This document shows, piece by piece, positions 13,631 to 34,425 of a DNA stretch of 64,000 nt. Within the stretch, counting starts at the first letter, position 1. Each line of letters opens with the position of its first letter. A model generated the notes under the pieces. That model ran no database searches and was not told the DNA's origin. It saw nothing but the letters and a program-made list of their open reading frames with translations. A program made the position numbers and the translations under genes. This DNA is from Yuukianura sp. NJ FZ-2021 (taxonomy: Eukaryota): contig CM102286.1 in assembly GCA_046563655.1 (NCBI GenBank), forward strand, positions 4,402,001 to 4,466,000, read 5' to 3'.

Positions 13631-16600
13631 TGTCACAATAACTCTCAGACAGACACAAAAAACACTAATCTTCCATTCACAAAAACTAACAATTACTTTT
13701 TACAACGTCTGCAACTTTACCCGGAATTTTTTTCATCCGTCACATTTCTCCAAAACATTCAAAACAAGAAAAAAATTAGACAAAAAGTTTTTAGTATTAA
13801 AAATTACTTGAAATAAAAAGATGCACAATAATTAAATTATTGTTAATAAAATTGAGTTGAAACTCGAATTTTATTTTTTACGGCACAAAGAAATTTCTCA
13901 CGGTTAAAATTTTCAACTGACTGAAGTATTATTTAGTTGTTAAAATTGACTTGTTGTATCCTACACCAAAAAATGCCAACTTCACTCACTACCTTCCTGA
14001 TCATTCGTTTGGTGGAAACTGATGAAGATTGCTTTTCGAAACTGCATTTACCAAAAAGTAAATTGAAAGAAGTTTTGAAGCTTGTGCTAAGAGGGGAAAG
14101 GACTTGAAGTGATGCTTATTCTTCGTAAGTTGTTTCTTTACGAGTTGGTTCAAGGGGATTTTTATCTTGATGGGCGAAGAAGCCAGAGGCAAAAATACAC
14201 TGCAGTACAGTCCATGCTCATACTTTTCAATTTTTTATTCTTGGGAAATGAAAATTGGATAATTTAGAAATTTTGAAAACTTTTTTTTTAAAAGTTAGCT
14301 TTGAAATTTTGAAATTTAATTTAACATAAGTGCAGCCCCGTCCATTAAGAAGATACAATAATGGGATAATTCTAAAAATATGATTGTGATCTAAAATTAT
14401 TTTGTTGCAGTTTATTGCAGCGTTTGAGCAGCTTGGATGCGTTTTGCAAGAGATAAATTTGAAGGTGCCAAAAACTAAAAATAAGAAAGTTGATTATGAA
14501 GACACTAATATAAGTGAGTGCCAAAAGATTCTCATTTATGACTTTGAAATTTGTGCTAAAAACAAAGTAAACGGGGTAATTAATTGCTCACTCGAAGTAT
14601 CGAAATCGCGTCCATTCATATTGAGTGTGCCAAAAATGTGTAGGAGTTATGTCAAACGTTGAGTTGTTTTGCGGCACTTCATTTGATGTTTTGTTACTAC
14701 ATTGATTTGCACATAAAAATTTTTTTTATAAAGTTTTAATAAGATCAGAAATGTTGACACAACAACTTTTGTGGACGACGCAACATGAATTTAAACGATC
14801 CATTATTGTTCAGGAGATGCAAACGAGCTTTTTGATCATAAGCAATCCACTGCATGTTTTGTCTTACACTATTGAAGATCATTTTGGTTTGACCGCTAAC
14901 AAAACGATGCTTATGCTTTAGTAGTTTGTTGAGTTGGAATAATCTTAATTATTTCTGTAAGTGCAGACCAGTTACAATGTATTAACTTGAGTAATCTGTT
15001 GTAGGCATTGATTTATTTACAAGGTTGACATCTGACAGCGTCATAGGCTAGCCGTGTGCTCCTGCACGTTGCCACGTTGTTTATATCGTAACTTGCTCCC
15101 CGTGACTACCGTAACTTGATCTTTACCTCCCATTTATAACGCTTGGATGAATAAAAAAATGATTTTATGTTTTGACAACTAAGAAAAATTGAGAATAAAT
15201 CGACTTATTGTTAAAGAAATGGAAATGAAAAATTGGCAGTAGAGTGGGAAAATGACATTGACATCCAACTGCTGACAGAAATTTGGCAGAAATATCTAAT
15301 TTTTTCTTCATGAATTTGCAGTTTACACCTTCTTTCAAAATGGGAGGGCAAAAGTGTACTTTAATATGCTTTTAGTTGATTGATTATCTTGCACTTGATT
15401 TACATTTAAATCGATCATGAATCTCATTACACGCACTGCAGATCCCACTTTTATTTGTTTTTTACAAATTTCGGCGTTGTCAATAAACATTATGATGGCA
15501 AAAATTTCCAATCAGAAATTTTGAAATATTTGATCAACATAATTTTGCAATACATTAGTCTTGGATAAGTACAAACAAAAATTTGTTCATAAATTTTCGC
15601 TTTCACTATGCAAATAATTTCCTTCTTTCTTGGACGAATTGTCAAAATTTCCAAACAAAAAGATTTTTGCTTTGACTTTTGTCATAGATTAAATTTTTTT
15701 TGTTACAGAATTCTAGAAGTTAATGTGATAATCGTCTCATTAACATTCGTTTGGAAACAAGTAAATTTTTTGGGTTGGTCTATACTTGGCGTTGGACACA
15801 AAAGTTGTCAATCTTGCTGCTAAAAAAAGCACGTGACAAACATTAGAAGTATTTGTTGGTCGTATTGATGTAAGTTCATACTGACAAGCGATTTATTGCG
15901 CCAAGTTGGCAAATAATTGTGATTGTTTGAATAAATTGACAAATTGTGCCTTGGTTCAGCAACCGTATCCTTGCTAACTAACGTTTAGCGTCATAAATTT
16001 TTGAAAAAACCTTCTGAAGTGAACCACAGTTAAATCTTAGCACTACTACCATTGACCTTTTTGGGTTTAGCATGCAAGGGTGACCGGTGGTCTGGTCTGG
16101 TTAAGTGACTCACGCCTTGTTACTTGGACATTTAATGGTATTTACCAGCTCACTACTGTTCTGGTTCAATTTCTAAACAGAAGAAGTGAAATCAAGTTGT
16201 GGTGCCTCGAGGCAGTATAGAGTTATTAAATGCTAATATTCTGTACAATGCAAGTAGTATTTATTGCGTGGCCAAAACATTTGCTATAAACTCAACCGTA
16301 ATTGGACCACTAATCAATCCCAATATGAAATATTTCACGCACCCATTGACTCGCTACGCTTAGTTATGACTTCTTTCAGAGCAATTTTGAACTTTGAAAG
16401 TACGTAGAACTAATTTTGACACAAAAAACTGGGAATTTTCATTAGGAAACTCATTTTTTGCGAATTCGATAAATTTTGTTTACAGTGGTAAGTTTGCCTG
16501 TACGGAGGGAAATGCAAGTTGCCAAAATGCATTTCCGGTTTTTTTGAATGGTTGAACGCTTGGCGGTCACGTACTTGTTTTCTTCCTGCGCATGCGCAGA

Positions 16601-19442
16601 ACTGCAAGTTACAGTTTAATACACACAAGGTATAATCAGTGTCTGCAATCACATTGAAGTCGTATAAAAATTTCTCTTCAAAATTCCACTTGAACTCATT
16701 TCGTTTTCTACCAATTGGAATTGAATTGCAAAAAAAAAAAAGTAATCGAGAAGAAAGTTAACAATTGAAAATAAGGTTCATGATTTACTACTAATAATAC
16801 GTGAGAACTTCAGAACAAGAAAAAAAGCTGAATCACTCAATATAAATTGAAACATTTTTTATACATTGGCAAAAAATACAAAGGGCAGGGAAATTTTGAC
16901 CAAACTTTTTTTTTGCAAAAAGAAAATAATTTTTGAAATTTTCCCGCTTCTGAATCTCTTGCATTTTCATTTTTGTTCACGTGACCTCTACTTTTTTTTA
17001 ATTCTGTTAGTTTTTCAGCATTGAAATAATGCGTTTGCGGTTTTGAAATTTTCTCACAGCTTCTGAACATCAAAAGTTTACTTTGCACGTAATCAATGGA
17101 AAGTGCAGTAGTGCGAGTTGTACAATGAGGATATCAGTCATATTCGCACATAACTTAAATTAAAACCGGATTTAAGTTTTAATTTATCACACATCGCATG
17201 TCTTCTGCTTGTACTTAATACCGAAGCTTAATTAATTTTCAAATAATTTACAACTTTGATTTGTCGATTGATGTTTATCATGTGCCTGTCTTCCTAAGTC
17301 CTACCACGTATGCATTCTCCAAGTGAAGTTTTTGTACCCTCAAGGTATAGGTTTAAACAATCGACTTCAAAAGTACGTGAGGAAATTTCAAAATTTCCTA
17401 ATTGCAAATTTGTATCGTCTGGATCAATAAAAAAAGCACAGAAATTCTATACACGTGCGTTTCATTTCAATTTTTTATAAGCTTAGCATTCCTGTTCATA
17501 CAGGAGTTTTAAAACCCCTGCACGAATTGACTTTTCAAGATTTAAAATTTCGAAAAAGTAAACCATAAAGTCCTCGAAATTGAAATTCAAGTAAACTGAA
17601 TACTGTTCATATCAATTGATCAACGGCCATTTGCAATTAAATCACGGACTCAGAAGCCTCAAGCAACTTAACAACATTTCTACCCTTGCAAATTTTTTGC
17701 AAAAATTTCCCCTAGAGGTTAAATGATGAAAAGATATAAATAGTACACAATGCATTGTGTGCTCTGATTACAATTATGGACTTAACGTCCCTTCGTAGTG
17801 CTTTTCAATTTAAAAAATTTGCGCAGTAATAATAGGTACATTCGTGTGTACTGTGCAGGGTACACGTAGCACCAAGGTGTCTGACTAAGGTTGAACTACG
17901 GCAACACCAACACTCGTAACCCCTAATTATGGTTTCAATGAGTGTGTAAGATGGATCCTTTGAAGGTTTACAAACGCTTAATTAAAAGCTAAGATAGTAA
18001 GAGATAATAGACTTTAAGCCTAATGAAATTTGCGTATACGCAGAAAGAGTCGTACACCTTCGAAACGGATCCTCCCATTGATCTAAATTGACCAACTTTA
18101 TGGCCATATTTCCCACTTTCGCATCTCGCACCTCACTGCGAAATGACATTTGAGCGTCGTCTTCGTTCTCGTATGTATGGTCAGTGTCGTCTTGTTTTGC
18201 TGTTAAAAACAGTAGATCTTGATGCAATATTGCAATAGGGTATCCAACAAGTGCTAATTCATTATTTGCCAAATATTTCGTATTGACCCTTCTCGTTTTG
18301 AGCAAAGTCACAGCCAGTTTGAAGGAAACCGCTGTCGATGCGAATTCATTTTGCTCATTTTTGAACCAATTAGGATAAATTTTGTATTAAACTACAGTTA
18401 AACTGTTTAAAAATTTAAAAAAAATTTTAGCAATGTAAGCTTTTAAAGACAAATTATGCTCAGGTCGTTCATAACGTACTGTGCGGTATAGCTTTAACAA
18501 AGGAAATTATTGTTAACAATTTTTAGGAGTAAATATGTGTTTAGTGTTTAACATACTAAAGCGTCCTAATTGAATCGGCAGAGATTTTAAGAACCAAGGA
18601 TTACCTTGAGAAGTACAATGTCGTACGGTGTTTTTCGTTTGTTTAAAATAATTACTGTATTATCAAAAAGACAAAATGATGAATACCTTTGTTAACTTTT
18701 TACTTGTGCACGAGTAATGCTATTACTTTTAGTAAATGATTTACCAATGATATTAATTCTTTTAAAGAATGATAGAACTGTACATATAATTAAACTTTTG
18801 ATTTGAGTTAGGTTATGATAGAAAGAAATCAATGTTACTCAGGAAATTAATTTGATTCTTGCGGTGCTAATTTCCACAATTATGGTTTCATCAAATTACT
18901 ATAAGTTCACACGGTAGTGTTAGATTAATTATAAACTTAAATTGGTTTCCACACAATTCTTGAAAATAGTAAATTAAGAATTTTCTTTGCAGTTACCGTG
19001 TAATTTACGCGGTTAAACGTAGCTATCCTGCTGAGTTCAAGTGTCATACTTTCAACATCAATTTCCTTTACTTCCTGCTTTTTAAAGACTTGCGTAAGAG
19101 AATTAAAAATTCTCAGCAAATTTAGGAGCGAAATGGTTCCGACTGGTGGTTCCTTCAGTTAATGAAATGTTTGATCAGTATACCGCTCAAAGCAGGCAAA
19201 ATAATTGTAGGCGCCTTTTAAAAATAACTTTGAACTATATTCCAGGACGCTTTTCAAAATCTGACAAAATTTTTTATCATGAATTTTTCAGAAAATTTCG
19301 TGCCCAAATGATATTAGTTAGGGTGGTCATGAAGCTGGAATTGCTATCCGCTACCCCTCCCCTTGCCCCCAGAACGTTTGTACAAACGTTGGTGCCATGA
19401 TGGTCGTCATTGTTACGACCAGTAGCCATTTTGAACAAACAA

Positions 19443-20223
19443 GCAGAAGGACTTTTGGAAAAAGTCAGTATGAGGCTAGCAAATTCATTAAAGTGCATTT
19501 TCCTTTTTTATGAAAATTCAGAAAATTCCGAAATATTGTGTTTCCGCAACATCATCACACATTATAACTTTGTGCAGAAGGACTTTTGGAAAAAGTCAGG
19601 ATTAGGCTAACAAATTCACTAAAGTGCATTTTCCTTTTTTATGAGAATTCAGAAAATTCAGAAATATTGTGTTTCCGCAACATCATCACACATTATAACT
19701 TTGTGCAGAAGGACTTTTGGAAAAAGTCAGTATGAGGCTAGCAAATTCATTAAAGTGCATTTTCCTTTTTTATGAAAATTCAGAAAATTCCGAAATATTG
19801 TGTTTCCGCAACATCATCACACATTATAACTTTGTGCAGAAGGACTTTTGGACAAAGTCAGGATTAGGCTAACAAATTCACTAAAGTGCATTTTCCTTTT
19901 TTATGAGAATTCAGAAAATTCAGAAATATTGTGTTTCCGCAACATCATCACACATTATAACTTTGTGCGGAAGGACTTTTGGAAAAAGTCAGGATTAGGC
20001 TAACAAATTCACTAAAGTGCATTTTCCTTTTTTATGAAAATTCAGAAAATTCAGAAGTATTGTGTTTCCGCAACATCATCACACATTATAACTCTCTGCA
20101 GAAGGACTTTTGGAAAAAGTCAGTATGAGGCTAACAAATTCATTAAAGTGCATTTTCCTTGCAGAAGGACTTTTGGAAAAAGTCAGGATTAGGCTAACAA
20201 ATTCACTAAAGTGCATTTTCCTT
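19443..20223 (+). repeat. Left arm tandem array of 131-132-bp units (about 5 full plus 2 truncated)
   Basis: Recurrent GCAGAAGGACTTTTGGAAAAAGTCAG...CATCATCACACATTATAACTTTGT, with two variants (GTATGAGGCTAGC / GGATTAGGCTAAC). Confidence 0.95.
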
Positions 20224-20300
20224 ACAAAGTTACAATGTGTTGTGAGATTCAGGGCTCACATAGCTTGAGAGACAAAGGATGATAGTGCAGAAAAAATAAG

Positions 20301-20373
20301 TGACCGAGTGGGATTCGAACCCACGTCTTTCTCCAATCCGGGGAGACTGCACTGCCCTTATGCTACCAGGCCA
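20301..20373 (-). pseudogene. tRNA-like cassette (A/B boxes, cloverleaf, T6 terminator) in the TRIM 3' LTR
   Basis: TGGCCTGG-TAGCATAAGGGCAGTGC-AG-TCTCC-CCGGATT-GGAGA-AAGAC-GTGGG-TTCGAAT-CCCAC-TCGGTCA, followed by TTTTTT (20296-20291). The acceptor stem is imperfect and the anticodon loop lacks U33. Confidence 0.8.
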
Positions 20374-20588
20374 CAACTTGCACAGGATAGAGTAGGAAGG
20401 CTACCATCAAAGGCACTGTCCAATTCCTACACCTCTATCCTTGGCGGTTGGGAGTGGGACTGTTCCCAAACGCCACATCACCCGCCCCTCAAGCTCCCTC
20501 ACGGCGCCGCCTGCCTCGGGGCACCAAATGTGAGATTCAGGGCTCACATAGCTTGAGAGACAAAGGATGATAGTGCAGAAAAAATAAG

Positions 20589-20661
20589 TGACCGAGTGGG
20601 ATTCGAACCCACGTCTTTCTCCAATCCGGGGAGACTGCACTGCCCTTATGCTACCAGGCCA
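20589..20661 (-). pseudogene. tRNA-like cassette in the TRIM 5' LTR
   Basis: Identical copy 288 bp from the first one. Confidence 0.8.
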
Positions 20662-23600
20662 CAACTTGCACAGGATAGAGTAGGAAGGCTACCATCAAAG
20701 GCACTGTCCAATTCCTACACCTCTATCCTTGGCGGTTGGGAGTGGGACTGTTCCCAAACGCCACAGTGTGATGATGTTGCGGAAACACAATATTTCTGAA
20801 TTTTCTGAATTCTCATAAAAAAGGAAAATGCACTTTAGTGAATTTGTTAGCCTAATCCTGACTTTTTCCAAAAGTCCTTCTGCACAAAGTTATAATGTGT
20901 GATGATGTTGCGGAAACACAATATTTCTGAATTTTCTGAATTCTCATAAAAAAGGAAAATGCACTTTAGTGAATTTGTTAGCCTAATCCTGACTTTTTCC
21001 AAAAGTCCTTCTGCACAAAGTTATAATGTGTGATGATGTTGCGGAAACACAATATTTCGGAATTTTCTGAATTTTCATAAAAAAGAAAATGCACTTTAGT
21101 GAATTTGTTAGCCTAATCCTGACTTTGTCCAAAAGTCCTTCTGCACAAAGTTATAATGTGTGATGATGTTGCGGAAACACAATATTTCTGAATTTTCTGA
21201 ATTCTAATAAAAAAGGAAAATGCACTTTAGTGAATTTGTTAGCCTAATTCTGACTTTTTCCAAAAGTCCTTCTGCACAAAGTTATAATGTGTGATGATGT
21301 TGCGGAAACACAATATTTCTGAATTTTCTGAATTCTCATAAAAAAGGAAAATGCACTTTAGTGAATTTGTTAGCCTAATCCTGACTTTGTCCAAAAGTCC
21401 TTCTGCACAAAGTTATAATGTGTGATGATGTTGCGGAAACACAATATTTCTGAATTTTCTGAATTCTCATAAAAAAGGAAAATGCACTTTAGTGAATTTG
21501 TTAGCCTAATTCTGACTTTTTCCAAAAGTCCTTCTGCACAAAGTTATAATGTGTGATGATGTTGCGGAAACACAATATTTCTGAATTTTCTGAATTCTCA
21601 TAAAAAAGGAAAATGCACTTTAGTGAATTTGTTAGCCTAATCCTGACTTTGTCCAAAAGTCCTTCTGCACAAAGTTATAATGTGTGATGATGTTGCGGAA
21701 ACACAATATTTCGGAATTTTCTGAATTTTCATAAAAAAGGAAAATGCACTTTAATGAATTTGCTAGCCTCATACTGACTTTTTCCAAAAGTCCTTCTGCA
21801 CAAAGTTATAATGTGTGATGATGTTGCGGAAACACAATATTTCTGAATTTTCTGAATTCTCATAAAAAAGGAAAATGCACTTTAGTGAATTTGTTAGCCT
21901 AATCCTGACTTTGTCCAAAAGTCCTTCTGCACAAAGTTATAATGTGTGATGATGTTGCGGAAACACAATATTTCGGAATTTTCTGAATTCTCATAAAAAA
22001 GGAAAATGCACTTTAGTGAATTTGTTAGCCTAATCCTGACTTTTTCCAAAAGTCCTTCCGCACAAAGTTATAATGTGTGATGATGTTGCGGAAACACAAT
22101 ATTTCGGAATTTTCTGAATTTTCATAAAAAAGGAAAATGCACTTTAATGAATTTGCTAGCCTCATACTGACTTTTTCCAAAAGTCCTTCTGCACAAAGTT
22201 ATAATGTGTGATGATGTTGCGGAAACACAATATTTCGGAATTTTCTGAATTTTCATAAAAAAGGAAAATGCACTTTAATGAATTTGCTAGCCTCATACTG
22301 ACTTTTTCCAAAAGTCCTTCTGCACAAAGTTATAATGTGTGATGATGTTGCGGAAACACAATATTTCTGAATTTTCTGAATTCTCATAAAAAAGGAAAAT
22401 GCACTTTAGTGAATTTGTTAGCCTAATCCTGACTTTTTCCAAAAGTCCTTCTGCACAAAGTTATAATGTGTGATGATGTTGCGGAAACACAATATTTCGG
22501 AATTTTCTGAATTTTCATAAAAAAGGAAAATGCACTTTAATGAATTTGCTAGCCTCATACTGACTTTTTCCAAAAGTCCTTCTGCTTGTTTGTTCAAAAT
22601 GGCTACTGGTCGTAACAATGACGACCATCATGGCACCAACGTTTGTACAAACGTTCTGGGGGCAAGGGGAGGGGTAGCGGATAGCAATTGAAGCTTCATG
22701 ACCACCCTAACTGATATTAAATGCATTTTGATTCGTTCGGTGGACCCACAGCAAGTGCCCTAGGGCACTTTTTTTTTGAAATTGTAATTTCAAAAAAGAA
22801 AACATGAGCATTATTTTGTTTCTTGCAAAAATTAGTGGAATTATGACGTTGGAATTTTAGGGAAACTCTGATGCCAAATGATAAAGAATGAATTACAACT
22901 TGTGTCATGACCCGACCCTGTCAAAATTTTGGGACACATTGCATTTCTACGAAAAAAAAATAGTTAGCACATGCGCAATACACTTACAATTACAAATTAA
23001 CGAATTAACCCTTCAGATTTTATTATACAATTGCTTTCCACCGCCACGGTATACAAAACGCTTACGGTGACAACACTCAAATCAAAAATCATCTTTTAAT
23101 CATTGTAATATATTATGTAAGGTTAAAAAATTATGTACTTGATTTAACATCGTAAAGCATCAAATGACAGAATAGTAATTATAAAATTAGGCATCTCATC
23201 TTGAGCCTCATCTGTCGACCTTTGACCTCACATCAAAATTTGATTCTCAAAGTGTCAAGGTAGGAAAGTCACACCTCTTCCCATATAACATCCGCATGTA
23301 AAATTCTCTTAAAAACAAAAATCATTTCAAATACCAAAAAAATTTCAAACAATTTTTTGCTAATGAATAATTTAGCCGCCCACCATCAACCGCGCCTTTT
23401 TATTGACACGAGCTGACTTATATGACCAAACTCGCTGCACAAAGGCTAACTCTTGAAATTTCGAAAATAACGCTCTAAAATTTACGGCGAGGTTATAATT
23501 CGGTTGTTTGAAAGCAATTTATTTGTCAAAAATAGGAAACTCAAATCCTACTTATAGCATTATTTTATGAGAATTAATTGTAACAACTTTTTAAACAAAA

Positions 23601-23668
23601 TTCGCAGTATCTGGTACTGCTGCTGCGGAGAATCGCACAAAATAACAATGGAATGAAGTACAGGAACT

Positions 23669-33892
<10,224 letters not shown>

Positions 33893-34425
33893 TCAGCCTC
33901 TGTATGCTCTGGTGCTCTGACGTTTGTCTTATTTCTGTGATGCGTTCAAGTGCAGTAGTTAGTTACGTTCAATTCTTAATTAATTGTAAAAAAAAATACT
34001 AGGAATCCAATAAAAACAGTGACGAAATACTTTGTTTTCTTGATTTTTGATGAATGAAAACTTTTTGAAATTCAAGGGCAATTGCTTGCTGCTGTGTTTT
34101 TGAATTTCGAATTCCGGCATGTTACCACTCACGCTCTATTCTGCACTACACCTCCACTCCTACACTTTTGGGCGACAAAAACCCACATAAATTTCCTATA
34201 GATTACCTCTAATTAAGTCTAGATGGAAACAATTTAACTCAATAAAATTAATTTAATGCAACTACATTAAGAAACACCGCTCACTTTTTGTATTATTTAT
34301 GAACCCTTTAGGATTATCTTAGATAATCTTCAAATTTACTTAGCTCGATGTCCATACAGAACGCCGGGAAACCGACCGTGAGTGCCTTTCACAGCTCAGT
34401 AGGTTTTACTTTTCCAGAACTTTGC

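Larger units (their letters stand above)
20241..20765 (-). mobile_element. Terminal-repeat retrotransposon in miniature (TRIM) with tRNA-like sequence in each LTR
   Basis: Two apparently identical 237-bp direct repeats (20241-20477, 20529-20765) with TG...CA ends. The 51-bp internal region carries a minus-strand PBS TGGTGCCCCGAGGCAGG (20526-20510) and a purine-rich PPT GAGGGAGCTTGAGGGGCGGGTGA (20500-20478). 4-bp TSD GTGT at 20237-20240 and 20766-20769. Confidence 0.9.
20224..22585 (-). repeat. Right arm tandem array of the same 131-132-bp unit, inverted (about 14 units; innermost unit split by a TRIM)
   Basis: Units start TGCACAAAGTTATAATGTGTGATGATG at 20881, 21012, 21142 and onward; reverse complement of the left-arm unit. 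Confidence 0.95.
19317..22711. mobile_element. Non-autonomous foldback-type TIR DNA transposon with satellite arms
   Basis: Termini GTTAGGGTGGTC...GACCACCCTAAC. Unique TIR segments of about 126 bp (19317-19442 / 22586-22711) with 2 mismatches seen. Flanking 8-bp direct repeat TGATATTA at 19309-19316 and 22712-22719. No transposase ORF. Confidence 0.9.

Noticed and set aside
17982..19160. Coding-looking minus-strand ORFs (17982-18311, 18937-19119)
   Set aside because: Could be an orphan or decayed gene, but I could not recognise a family or build a consistent spliced model.
20301..20661. Two functional tRNA-Ser(GGA) genes
   Set aside because: Bulged acceptor stem, no U33, a short variable arm unlike Ser tRNAs, an anticodon not normally used in eukaryotes, and both copies lie inside LTRs.
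20308..20799. Duplicated ORFs beginning MGFEPTSF
   Set aside because: They are antisense translations of the tRNA B box inside the TRIM LTRs, not proteins.
19443..22585. CRISPR-like array
   Set aside because: Tandem 131-bp units without unique spacers, no cas genes, eukaryotic context.
19410..22618. Identical 66-aa ORFs at 19410-19610 (+) and 22418-22618 (-)
   Set aside because: By-product of the inverted repeat arms; no transposase similarity.
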